DNA of 49,309 bases from Octopus bimaculoides (lineage: Eukaryota): assembly GCF_001194135.2 (NCBI RefSeq), contig NC_068991.1, positions 39,242,478 through 39,291,786 on the forward strand, given 5' to 3'. Shown here one piece after another: positions 36,590 to 48,600 of the stretch. The notes below the pieces were generated by a model. That model ran no database searches and was not told the DNA's origin. It saw only the letters and a program-made list of their open reading frames with translations. Position 1 is the first letter of the stretch; each line of letters opens with the position of its first letter. The position numbers were made by a program, and so were the translations under genes.

Positions 36590-37203
36590 TATTTTGAATT
36601 ATTCAAGTTCAAGAAGGTTATTCAGAGTATTTGCTTGTAACTTTGTAAATTTTTTACATACAAATTTGAAATTTTCTCTGTGGGTGCTTTATATACCACT
36701 GGTTTATTGCTATGTAACTTTAGCTGATCTTGCTGAGAGTAAATTTGACTTTTATGGGCAGGTAAATTTAATTAACGGGTGTAAACGCAATAACATTATG
36801 GATAAACACTATTTATAATTATTCAGGTTCAAGCGGGGTATCCACAATATCTGCTTGCAATTTGTAAATTTTTACATACAGATTTGAAATTTTCTCTGTG
36901 GGTGCTTTATATACCACGGGTATATAGTTATGTAGTTTTAGCTGATCTTGCTGAGTAAATATGACTTTTATGAGCAGGTAAATTTAATTAACAGGTGTTA
37001 AGACAATAACATTATGGATAAACACTAAAATTGAAATTCTTAATGCATCTTACCTGTTTGATTTGCAACTAAAATTATCCCAGATGGCAACCGACAAAAA
37101 TTTTGCCACTTTTATAGATGAAGTACATTAATTTGAATCAATTAAAATACAGGTATAATCCGTACAAGATTTTATTCTTTTGGTAAATATTTCGTATCTC
37201 GGT
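36590..37203 (-). mobile_element. Second copy of the 14800-15170 element, with an older ~230-bp tandem duplicate (36590-36820)
   Basis: Shared strings such as GAAATTTTCTCTGTGGGTGCTTTATATACCAC and GCAGGTAAATTTAATTAAC occur twice here and once reversed near 15000-15100. Confidence 0.7.
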
Positions 37204-37900
37204 NNNNNNNNNNNNNNNNNNNNNNNNNNNNNNNNNNNNNNNNNNNNNNNNNNNNNNNNNNNNNNNNNNNNNNNNNNNNNNNNNNNNNNNNNNNNNNNNN
37301 NNNNNNNNNNNNNNNNNNNNNNNNNNNNNNNNNNNNNNNNNNNNNNNNNNNNNNNNNNNNNNNNNNNNNNNNNNNNNNNNNNNNNNNNNNNNNNNNNNNN
37401 NNNNNNNNNNNNNNNNNNNNNNNNNNNNNNNNNNNNNNNNNNNNNNNNNNNNNNNNNNNNNNNNNNNNNNNNNNNNNNNNNNNNNNNNNNNNNNNNNNNN
37501 NNNNNNNNNNNNNNNNNNNNNNNNNNNNNNNNNNNNNNNNNNNNNNNNNNNNNNNNNNNNNNNNNNNNNNNNNNNNNNNNNNNNNNNNNNNNNNNNNNNN
37601 NNNNNNNNNNNNNNNNNNNNNNNNNNNNNNNNNNNNNNNNNNNNNNNNNNNNNNNNNNNNNNNNNNNNNNNNNNNNNNNNNNNNNNNNNNNNNNNNNNNN
37701 NNNNNNNNNNNNNNNNNNNNNNNNNNNNNNNNNNNNNNNNNNNNNNNNNNNNNNNNNNNNNNNNNNNNNNNNNNNNNNNNNNNNNNNNNNNNNNNNNNNN
37801 NNNNNNNNNNNNNNNNNNNNNNNNNNNNNNNNNNNNNNNNNNNNNNNNNNNNNNNNNNNNNNNNNNNNNNNNNNNNNNNNNNNNNNNNNNNNNNNNNNNN

Positions 37901-38110
37901 TTGCTCCTCATGAACATTAACATACTAAAATTTTCATCAGACATGGACAGTCCCTTGGCACTCAAGATATCCTTGCCCATGGAAAATAAACGTTCAGTTG
38001 GGGCACTGGCTATGTTGAACTTGATGAACAAGTCCACCAACACTCGCTCACTCAAGAACGCAGCATTTGTCAGTAGATCTTTAGAGTTGGTCTCCAACCA
38101 GGTCTTTACT
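37901..38110 (-). mobile_element. hAT transposase C-terminal dimerisation-domain fragment
   Basis: LFIKFNIASAPTERLFSMGKDILSAKGLSMSDENFSMLMF matches the hATC motif (S.A..ERLFS...). Confidence 0.85.
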
Positions 38111-38129
38111 AAATGTTAGGCCTTGTCCT

Positions 38130-39315
38130 TCGGTGACCTGTGGCTTCTGCTCTCTTTTTTTTTTGGTGGTGGTGGTGGTGGGGGGCACCACTGAAGAAGT
38201 CATCCTCCACCTCTTCGTTGTTGTTGTTGCTTACTTCCTCAGACTACTGCCTCATGGCCTCCTCGACCATATCCTCCGTGCTTCTCCTCACCTTGGTGAA
38301 CATGCTATCATACCTATCCAACCAGATGTGGCGAAACCTGGGGTGGAAGGTATTCTCATTCCCCGATAATTTTACTCCGATTACATTTTTCATTTTAGTG
38401 ATCCGTTTCTCTATTTCTGCGCTCTTTTTATATTCTATCATCATCCTCACATTTTTTCCTTTCGGTACTCCTTTTCGTTTTCCGTCTCTATTCTCTCCTG
38501 ATGTTCCTGGTTTTTGTGTCTCAACCATCTCTATCTCTCTCTTACGCTTTATTGTTGCTTCCTTTCCTTTCTGCATACTTGTTTTTTCTTCTGTAATTTT
38601 CTTTTTTGTTAGTGAAGGCGCGTGGCTTAGTGGTTAGGGCATTTGGGTCACGATCATAAGGTCGTGAATTCAATTCCCGGCGACGCGTTGTGTCCTTGAG
38701 CAAGACACTTTATTTCACGTTGCTCCAGTCCACTCAGCTGGCAAAAATGAGTAGTACCTGTATTTCAAAGGGCCGGCTTTGTCACACTCTGTGTCACGTT
38801 GAATCTCCTTGAGAACTACGTTAGGGGTACACGTGTCTGTAGATTGCTCAGGCACTTGCATGTTAATTTCACTAGCAAGCTGTTCCGTTGATCGTATCAA
38901 CTGGGAACCTCGTCGTCGTAACCAACGGAGTGCTCCTTATTATAATTATTTATTCTTTTTTGCTATTTCTGTTCTTTCAATTTGTATCTCCTCTATGTTG
39001 ATTTTTCTCTTTTTTTTTCGGGTTTTTTGGTGGTGAATATGCATTTTCATTTCTTTTCTTCTTTCTTTTTCCAGCTGAGTATTTTCCTTCTCCGTTTTCC
39101 ATCTCTTCACTTATTTGGCTTTGTGCTACCACTCCTTGTTCCACCTCCTCCTCCACCCCTTCTCCTGTTCTACTTCTTGTTTCTGAGGACACCTTGCTTT
39201 CATGTATCCCCGTACTCCACAGTGGTAGCAGATGGGAGGTCTTCCCTCCAATACCACTCTTAGTTTAACATGCTCTGGCATAATTTCATCTGCAATTTGA
39301 TGTCGCATGGTCAAA
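38130..39315 (-). mobile_element. LINE ORF1-like fragment (L1/Tx1-type) with zinc knuckle, interrupted by a SINE
   Basis: VVLEGRPPICYHCGVRGYMKARC is a CX2CX4HX4C knuckle with H>Y, followed by K/E-rich frames on both sides of the SINE. Confidence 0.6.
38612..38952 (+). mobile_element. tRNA-derived SINE with CORE-like central domain and 13-bp TSD
   Basis: A box TGGCTTAGTGG, B box GAATTCAATTCC, central TGTGTCCTTGAGCAAGACAC. TSD TTCTTTTTTG[T/C]TA at 38599-38611 and 38953-38965. Confidence 0.8.
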
Positions 39316-39528
39316 TGTACATGGGTTTATTAGTATTTCAGATTTATAATTTAGAATATTCATGCTGAAGAGTGTAATGGATTTTTATAAAATTCTAAAC
39401 ACGAAACGTCGTACATGATTAACTAACGNNNNNNNNNNNNNNNNNNNNNNNNNNNNNNNNNNNNNNNNNNNNNNNNNNNNNNNNNNNNNNNNNNNNNNNN
39501 NNNNNNNNNNNNNNNNNNNNNNNNNNNN

Positions 39529-39573
<45 letters not shown>

Positions 39574-40349
39574 GAGAAATGGACAGACAGGGCATCTGCT
39601 TTTAATAGACAATATAAACAATTATTGATTCAGTGGAGAATATGTACTCCGTATTGTCTTTAGCTGCATTGTTTGAATTCACTATTTCTCTTGTCAATGG
39701 CCAATCCACTCAGGTCATTACGTTCTTTCTCTGTCCTTTCCCCTCCCACTCCTCTCATCCATAATCACATACGTCAGTTTAAAAGGGAGTCTTATTGTCG
39801 TTGTTACGTGTGCGTTTTCAAACTCTTAACAAAACGCATTGACAATGGTCTCAACATATAACGATTGTGTAACAGTGACATCTTTAACGTGAATATGCAC
39901 TAACCTATTTCTTGTGCCTGTCACTCCTCTAACACGGTTGTGAACAGCCTTTTGATACTGGTTCTCGAGGTGGGGGTTTTTCTGAGTTTTTTTTTTCTCC
40001 CCAAATTCATAGCTGCAAAGAACTCAAGTAATAATGCGGGACAGCGAGAAAACTTCTACGTGGATGTTGGACTTGTTAGAAGCAGCCGCTAATGTTCGAG
40101 AACTGTTATACGGCTCCCTTACGCCCTATATACCTTGTGTACTAGTGTAATTACACCCATCCCGTGTCCTGCTTGTTATCACTTATAAGTAATAATAAGC
40201 AGGATCTCGAACAATAAATTGTTCGAGATCCATCTGGGCTCTTTTTCACGCTTTTAATAGGGCTGATCAACTGACCCACTAAGAGTCCATGAACGTGTAT
40301 ACATACATACATACATACATACATACATACATACATACATACATACATA

Positions 40350-41610
40350 CGAAGGGCTACCCAAAAGTAACTGGAAACGTTCTCTGTGGGACAAGCTCGT
40401 TGTAGTTCAGTCTTCCGCCACTAGAAGCCACTTGATGCGACCCTCAGGCAGCAACCTGCTAACAAGCATCCTCTGGTGAAGTCTTACTGCCATGTGGTGT
40501 GTCTTTGCTTTGTAGTTCTTCTCTCCTGTTCGTCGATTTTTGCGATGAATGAAATGAAGGAACAGCGTGCTTCCGTGAAATTCTGTTTTCTGCTGAGCAA
40601 AACACAAATTTACGAGTAGTTTTCACGCTTTAGGAGTGATCACTTTTCGTTTGAAGACCAACCTCGTTCAGGACGACCGTCGATGTCCCGAACGTATGAA
40701 AACATCACGAAAATTCATGAAATGATCTTGGAGAACCGTCGCCGAAAAATTGACAAACTTGTTGATATGACTGGTGTGTCCTGGAGTTCCTGCCAACAAA
40801 ATTTGAGCGAGGAATTGCAAATGAAAAGAGTTGCAGCAAAATTTGTGCCTCGATTGCTCATGGAAGATCAAAAGCAGTTACGACAGAATGTGTATCATGA
40901 ACTGAAAGAACAGTTGGAAGTTGATCCGGACCTTTTTTCTTGAAGGTCATCACTGGTGATGAAAGCTGCTGCTATGGCTACAAACCAGAAACGAAGCAGC
41001 AATCAAGTCAATGGAAGTAGTCAATGTCACCATGCCCCCCAAATGCGTGGCAAGTGAAGTCAAATGTCGAAATATGCTGATTTGTTTCATCGATGCGAAA
41101 GGAATTGTCCACACAGAATTTGTTGCTCCTGGTCAAACTGTTAACCAGACATTTTACTGGGCAGTTCCGAAGCGTTTGCGAGACGCGGTGAGACGATAAC
41201 CCTCCTACCTGTGGCAAAATGGAGAGTGGTGGTTTCATCACGGTAATACGCATGCTCACATCGCCTTGAGTGTGAGATAGTTTTTAACCCAAAATAGCAT
41301 GACCCCGCTTATCCACCCTCCCTATTCGCCCAATCTTGCTCCCTGCAACTTTTGTTTGTTCCCTCGAATGAAAAAAGTCCTTTAAGGAAAACGTTTTCAG
41401 ATGTGGAAGAGGTGAAGAAAAAAGCAACGAAGTCGTTTAAAGGCATCACTCTGCAAGAGTTCCAGCACTGCTTCGAACAGTGGAAAACGCATCTGGACCG
41501 ATGCATTGCTTCAAATGGAGAATACTTTGAAGGCAGTAAAAGTGTAAATATGAAAACTAACTGAATAAAATAATATTACAAAATTCCGGTTCCTTTTGGG
41601 TACTCCCTCG
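40350..41610 (+). mobile_element. Full-length mariner of a second family (irritans-like TIR), degenerate
   Basis: TIRs CGAAGGGCTACCCAAAAG and CTTTTGGGTACTCCCTCG flanked by TA within (CATA)n. Motifs include FVPRLL, ITGDES and HPPYSPNLAPCNF, with stops and frameshifts. Confidence 0.92.
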
Positions 41611-41838
41611 TACTTACTTACACACACACAAACACACACACAAACACACACACAAACACACACACAAACACACACACAAACACACACACACACACACATA
41701 TATATATTTAAAAGTATGTATGTATATATATATACCGGAGTAAGCACATAAATGTGAAACAAGGTGGAAAAAAGAGTACTCAAATACCAGAGGGAGAGTA
41801 ATATGCTTTATTTAAAAGCAGCAGAAATATAACAAAAG

Positions 41839-41876
41839 CTGTTACTCAGAGTTTCACGTTCCCGTTCGTCGGACAG
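41839..41876 (-). ncRNA. Type-I hammerhead-like motif of a second repeat family (element ~41730-41900), U4C variant
   Basis: CTGT-CCGACGA-ACG(GGAA)CGT-GAA-ACTC(T)GAGT-A-ACAG: all three stems pair, the triplet is GUA, and core position 4 is C instead of U. Confidence 0.55.
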
Positions 41877-42439
41877 TTTTGTTAAAATAGAACAGAAATA
41901 GAAATAACGATATGATCAAAAGTAGTTAAAAGATACACCTTTAAAAATGGACTTGTTTCATTGGTCTTTTCATTTAACGGTCTTAAGCATGCAATGAACA
42001 AAATAAACAAAATAATGAATTCAATATAAATTCATCCTATTATAAAAATCGAGAAAAACTTTAAATCGAAGAATGGATTCAAAATACATATTGTAAATAA
42101 TTATATACGAAATATAATTCAATTAATACATTAAAATTAAAATTAAAATAAATAATAACAACGATAGAAATAATAATAATAGTGATAATAATGTTAATAA
42201 CATAGACCAATCTACCCCCCCCCCATCTTTAACCTCACCCTAGACAGTATTACTTCCTCCATTCCTGAGAATAATCCCCACAATGCCCTGCCATGTAACT
42301 GCCGCCCTGGGACCAGTTGCCCTCTACAATCTCGTTGAAGGTCTAACGTAATTTACAAATGCGCTACACAGTGTAAAATTAACGGCGGATCTCGAAGCAA
42401 TTTAGTAAAGTTACAGAAGGAAGATCGTCTCAATGCGTT

Positions 42440-42940
42440 ATGTCAGTTACTGGGTGAGGTGGAAAAAGTTACGAGTCTACTCCCTATGACGAAGGCGGGA
42501 AAGATATGCAGTGATATACATCTGAAAAATTCTGGAAGGATTTGTACCAAATTGAAAGTTACACAAACAACAGAACGAGGCATCATTGCATAGTGCCAAA
42601 GATCCCAACATCGCCATCAAGATACAGGACCAGATACTATAACAATTTCGGTTTCAAGGGCCCACAGCTCTTCAATATCCTCCCAAAATGCCCGAGAAAC
42701 CTGCATGGAGTGGATATAGGTGTCTTCAAAATAAAACTGGATCTCCTCCTATCAGGATTTCCAGATTAGCCTACCTCACGACAGGAAACGCAGATGAGGG
42801 CAGCAGCATCAAACTCCCTCATTCACAAAATACTACATATCAGAGGAAGTTTCAAGTAGTGAAAAAGTAGCAAAGCTAACGGCAATGCTCCAGCATGACC
42901 GCAACTCTCTAGTTGAAACTAGTTAAAGATAAAAGATATA
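42440..42940 (+). mobile_element. CR1/L2-type LINE 3' end
   Basis: YSL*RRRERY...KILEG...FKGPQLFNILPK...VFKIKLDLLL...PD*P, then a 3' UTR ending TGCTCCAGCATGACCGCA...GAAACTAGTTAAAGATAAAAGATA. Confidence 0.8.
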
Positions 42941-43084
42941 TATTTACAGACATGAAAATCAAGACACAAAATTATGTTTTCACATAAGAAGGTTTTAAAG
43001 TTCAACTAAAAAGAGAGTACGTTTCCAGAAACAGAATCTTACGCACACACGCACTAAGATAATCCTATTTTACTGAAAAGTTTT

Positions 43085-43387
43085 CTGTTCTATATTTTAG
43101 AGATGAGGAATTCTGTACATTATTTGCATTTGACGGATGTGTCCTCATCTTGTTTGTTGTTACCACAACGTTTCGGCTGATTTACTCTCCAGCCTTCATC
43201 AGGTGTCCTGGTAGAATTTTGAACCCAACTTTGGGTTCTCATTCCTAAGGTACTTTTTTGCTGATGTTATTATTATTATTATTATTATTGTTATTATTAT
43301 TTATTCAAGGTACTGCCTGGAATTGAACTCGCAATCTTGGGATTAGTAACCCAAGCGCTCTTAACCATTAAGCTATATACCCGTGGG
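43085..43387 (-). mobile_element. Same tRNA/hammerhead SINE, complete and more diverged copy (hammerhead 43162-43207)
   Basis: Minus strand: CCCACGGGTATATAGCTTAATGGTTAAGAGCG...GAGTTCAATTCC...(AAT)n...GACAC-CTGATGA-A-GGCTG...CAGCC-GAAACGTT-GTGGT. Confidence 0.85.
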
Positions 43388-45019
43388 AATATAGTTTTCG
43401 TTTATAAAGTTTTCGTTTATATATAAGAAAAGATTTGGCGCCTGTTTTAACCAAAGAAGAGAAAATAAACAAAATCATCTTTATAAATGCGCAGGGCATA
43501 TTAAATAACATATCTTAATGGATTCAGATCTTGTGCCTAATTTCTAAGTGTTCAGCTGTCATAAGATATACTCTCTAGAGTTATTATCTATATATGTATG
43601 CCTGTGTGCGTATGCATGTATGTATGTATGTATGCATGCATGTATGCATGTATGTATGTATGTATTATGTATGTGTGTGTGTATGCATGTATGTATGTAT
43701 ATATGTGTGTGTATGTATGCATGTGCGTATGTATGTATGTATATATGTATACGTGCATGTACGTTTGTACGCATGCATGCACTTATGAACGTATAAAGGT
43801 ATGTAACTTTTACGCATTTCAGTCATTGTACTGCAGCCATGTTGGGGTACCGCTTTGAAGGTTTAATCCAACAAATCGACACCCAGTACTTATTTTATTT
43901 GAAAGCCTATTACTTATTCTATCGGTCTCTTGTCGAACTGTAAAGTTTCGGAGACGTAAATAAACCAACACCGGTTGTCAAACGGTAGGAGGACAAATGC
44001 AACACAAACACAAAGTCATATATATATATATATATATATATATANNNNNNNNNNNNNNNNNNNNNNNNNNNNNNNNNNNNNNNNNNNNNNNNNNNNNNNN
44101 NNNNNNNNNNNNNNNNNNNNNNNNNNNNNNNNNNNNNNNNNNNNNNNNNNNNNNNNNNNNNNNNNNNATATGGCAGGTTTCTTTTAGTTTCTGTCCGCCA
44201 AATCCACTCACAAAGCGTTGGTCAGTCTTGGGCCGCGGCAGTAGACACTTGCGCAAGATGCTGAGCAGTGAGACTGAACACAAGATACATGCTTAGGAAG
44301 CAAGCTCCTTAACAACCTGTGTCTGCATGTATCTTTGACACCTTACCCAGTTCAACTAATTTTCACACACGGGACCTCTGTTAATCACTCTTTATCTGGT
44401 GTAGAAGAGGACGAACCCTTCAAGTCTTCTCCAGACGTAACTTCAAAGCCTTGGACAACGGCTTTTATCACTGGTGACATGACCAGGTGCTCAAAACAGT
44501 TGTGGAGACGATCACAAGAGCTATGCGTCCAGTGAATGCAGGACAAACCCTCCTTGCCCCAGGACAAAACACCCTAGAAACCCTCCCCCTAAGAAAAAAA
44601 AACCCTTTGGTCAACACCCACCTAGGACAAGCAATTTTTTAGTCATAATTTTTATTCTTATTATTTGTAATTTATGAACACTTCCCTGAGATATAAAATA
44701 TTTCATTAATTTCAAAAATCACAAAATGAGCATAACAAAAAGAACATCAAATTGTATCTTTGAAAATTAAAACAAACACAATATTGAAAACCTCATCAAG
44801 TGTTGAGGCTCATTTAAAGTTCATTTTACTACAACCGGATACTGTGTTGTATGCCATTCAGAAATTCCTCCCTAGTCTTCCTATCATTCACATTGTCCAG
44901 AGAGTAGGTGTGTAGTCCTGGGGATGTTTTTGTCCGGACCCCGCGTCCAGTAAATACCACCCTATGAAGGAATCCAACATTTTTCTCAGAAGTGGAAAGA
45001 GCTACTTCACTGAAACGTC

Positions 45020-45540
45020 AACGACTGCTACCTACTTCCCACAGCCCAAGACTGGCAGGTGCAAATTGATCTAGTTGAACAACTAAAGTATTCTGCGTAC
45101 ATGTTACCAATGACGCTCCGCCCAGACATAGTTATCTTCTCAGATTCAGCCAAGTAGGTAATAATACACGAAATGGTTATATCTAGGGAAGAACACATAG
45201 AGGAGACTATTGAAGAAAGGTTTTCAAAGACAAGGAGCTAGTAGAGTATTGCCGGAACTAAGGATGGCTGCAAGCTTATTGTAGTAGGCTACCGGTAGAT
45301 TGTGACTGCCGATGAAGAATGGGGAAACGTTCCATCAACGAATCTAAAGAAGAAAAAAAACTACCTGATGACTTTGGGTAAAAAGAACAGGCCTGCGACT
45401 TTTTGCTGCTTAAATGAAAGCCTGGATTTGATCAACCGTAACTGGATGAACTGGGTGAGAGACTCCAATGTTGAAAGACCTCAAACCTTCGATCCCTGGA
45501 AAAAAACACATCTGAGTATCTGTGAGATTAACCTGTAACC
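45020..45540 (+). mobile_element. RLE-type non-LTR retrotransposon 3' fragment (HERO/NeSL-like)
   Basis: AQDWQVQIDLVEQLKY...TLRPDIVIFSDSAK*VIIHEM...EEHIEE matches the LRPDIV...ELTVPWEE motif. Confidence 0.7.
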
Positions 45541-45858
45541 TCTGTGAATGTGTACGTGTGGGCGTGCACGTTTGAGTGCACTTATGCATGCATACATAAA
45601 TATATAGTTCATCTATGTCATTGTTCAGTTTTATTTCAAGGTTTCTTACCAATAGAGAAAGAGTCGGTTTCTAACCAAGATCCAAGGCTCCTTCATTGGA
45701 ATTTCAACTTGAACAACAGGGTATTTTTGTATGTATGTATGTATGTACGTATGTATATATATGTATATATCTATCTATCTATATACAAACACACATAATA
45801 CACACGCACACATACCACCGCCGCTGCTGCTGGACGAGTTTCGTCAGCTGCTGATATA

Positions 45859-45986
45859 CAGGGTGTCCACAAAGACTGGTTACACGGAGTAAATAAAATC
45901 GTAACATAAACAATAAAATATAAAAAAATAATAATTTCTTAAAGTATGTGTTAATCCCCATGTACCCAGACTTTGTGGACACCCTG
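45859..45986. mobile_element. 128-bp Tc1/mariner-type MITE
   Basis: 26-bp TIRs CAGGGTGTCCACAAAG(A/T)CTGG(T/G)TACA with TA on both flanks. Confidence 0.85.
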
Positions 45987-46553
45987 TATTTCTATCTTCT
46001 ACATCTATACATCATTGAGAGATGCTTTCTCGAGACGAATGCCGCAAATTTACAGGCTTTCAACGATATATCTGCTTTAAGTATGATGATATATATAGAT
46101 TGCTGCTTTAAAATAATACTGCTTCCGTTGCTACTAACGAACGCACACACACACACATACCTATAAGTATGTATGTATGTATGTATGTATGTATGTATGT
46201 ATGTATGTATGTGTGTATGTATGTATGTATGTATGTATGTACACATACATATGTACGACATACGTGCACATAGGTACATACGTACAAAATACATACAAAC
46301 ATGAATACACAAACGCCCTAGAAATAACTTGAGAGAGTATATCTTATGACAGTTGAACATTCAAAAATTGTGCACAAGATCATGATATTATGTTACTTTC
46401 CACGGGCATTTATAAAGGATGTTTTTGTTTCGTATTTTTATTTCATATTCTCTTTTTGTTTAGAATCTACAACTACTTCTTTAAGCCCGCCAAAATATAT
46501 ACGTTATTCAATCAAATACTAATTTGTCGTAAAATATAATTCCTCACAGTATA

Positions 46554-47927
46554 TCAGGTTATCTCATAAGTTCTGTCCGATTTTATCTTTTTTAAAATTG
46601 AATGAAATTTAAAAGTATTTTAGAATATCTAATGAAATTAAAAATTATTTTTATGCATTTGAGTATATATAAACTAATTAAATATTATTTTACAGAATAA
46701 TAAAATTAAAATTTCTTTGATTAAAACCCTTTCTAACATGGAAGTATCCAAAGAGCATTTGAGGTACGTAATGCTTATGAGTACAAAAAAGGAAACTCTG
46801 CAGCCGAAGCGACTCGAAACATACACTCAGTTTATGGGAAAGAATGCTTGAATGAAAGAACTTGCAGAAGATGGTTTGCAAAATTCAGAAGTGGAGATTT
46901 CAGCCTTGAAGATGAAGTTCGAACAGGACGTCCAGTTGAGTTTAATGATAAGCTCCTTGAGGCACTACTTGAAGAAAATCCTGCATTATCAGTTGAAGAA
47001 TTGGCAATAAAGCTTAGTTCAAACCATACAACTGTTTATCGTCATCTTCAACAACTTGGAAAGGTTCCTAAACTTGGAAAATGGGTGCCTCATGAATTGT
47101 CTGAAAGCAACCGCAAATCCCGAGTTGACATCTGCTCTTCTCTCCATTCTCGCGAACTCATTTCACCCTTTTTGGATAGACATGTAACTGGTGACAAAAA
47201 ATGGAACTTCTATAGAAATGTTAAACGTCGTAAACAGTGGCTTGGTAAAAGGGAAAAAGCTCAACCACAACCNNNNNNNNNNNNNNNNNNNNNNNNNNNN
47301 NNNNNNNNNNNNNNNNNNNNNNNNNNNNNNNNNNNNNNNNNNNNNNNNNNNNNNNNNNNNNNNNNNNNNNNNNNNNNNNNNNNNNNNNNNNNNNNNNNNN
47401 NNNNNNNNNNNNNNNNNNNNNNNNNNNNNNNNNNNNNNNNNNNNNNNNNNNNNNNNNNNNNNNNNNNNNNNNNNNNNNNNNNNNNNNNNNNNNNNNNNNN
47501 NNNNNNNNNNNNNNNNNNNNNNNNNNNNNNNNNNNNNNNNNNNNNNNNNNNNNNNNNNNNNNNNNNNNNNNNNNNNNNNNNNNNNNNNNNNNNNNNNNNN
47601 NNNNNNNNNNNNNNNNNNNNNNNNNNNNNNNNNNNNNNNNNNNNNNNNNNNNNNNNTTCAGACTACCATTTGTTTTGTAGTTTACAGAATCATTTGGGAG
47701 ACATAACTTTCGCAAGCCAGGAGGAGGTCGAAACTGACATTTCAGAGTTCTTCGCTTTGAAACCAAAAGAGTTTTACATTGATGGGATTAAAAAGCTTGT
47801 AAATAGATGGAAGGAAGTCATGGATAATCAAAGAAAGTACATTGATGATTAAATTTCAATTAAATATAACATTTGATCACTTGTTTTCTTTATTCAAAAT
47901 TCGGACAGAACTTATGGGATGACCTGA
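46554..47927 (+). mobile_element. Full-length mariner copy 2 (same family as 2636-3918), with an internal assembly gap
   Basis: Same TIRs and TA flanks. ATG at 46738, HTH region WFAKFRSGDFSLEDEVRTGRP, WVPHEL, GDKKW, and C-terminus YIDD*. Confidence 0.95.
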
Positions 47928-48399
47928 TATTTATCAACTACTGTATATAATTCCAATAGATTGCTTAACTGTTTTCTAAAACTGTTATTTCTAAAACATA
48001 AAATTTAATTTTTCTTTTTCTTTCTTTTTTCTTCTTATCAGCTGAATCTTCACACTGCAGAAGATTTTTTTCTTAAAAAACAACAAAAGAACATATTAGT
48101 TAAACAGCATTATTACTATAATTATGCATACTTTCGCACATGAACAATTAAAAAAAAACTTCCCTATACTAGATTTTTCTTGTTGAAACATGATGTACAG
48201 ATAGTTGGCGCCAGCAATTTTTAAGCGGAGGCGTGACTGTATGGTTAAGAAGCTTGCTTTCCAGCCATGAAGTCTTGGGTTCAGTCCCTCTGCATGACAT
48301 CTTGGGCAAGTGTCTTCCACAATATCTCCGAGCCGACCAAAGTCTTGTGAGCTGATTTGCAGAGGAAACTTAAAGAAGCCTGTCGTGTCTCTATATTGT

Positions 48400-48600
48400 G
48401 AAACCGTTAACCCAGACACGTTTTTGTTCTCTCTCCGTTTTCTTTCTTCATTTTTGTCTATTGAAGAGCGTAGGCTCGAAACATCAAAAACGTTTTTAGT
48501 TTTCCTGAGCGTCAAACTAATACACTTTGCTTGTTGTTCCCTTACCTGTCTCTGTCTTTTGCTTTTTGTACATTTGCACTATATATATATTTTCGTGTTT
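48400..48600 (+). mobile_element. Penelope-pLTR-like repeat with degenerate hammerhead (48458-48485); second copy ~23850-24085
   Basis: CT(A/G)TTGA-A-GAGC(GTAG)GCTC-GAAAC then GAGCGTCAAACTAATA(C/A)A...GCTTGTTGTTC in both copies; both adjoin TA-rich tracts. Confidence 0.55.

Noticed and set aside
35956-36597. 213-aa (+) and 134-aa (-) ORFs
   Set aside because: They lie within the inverted repeat element, have low-complexity composition and show no recognisable domain.
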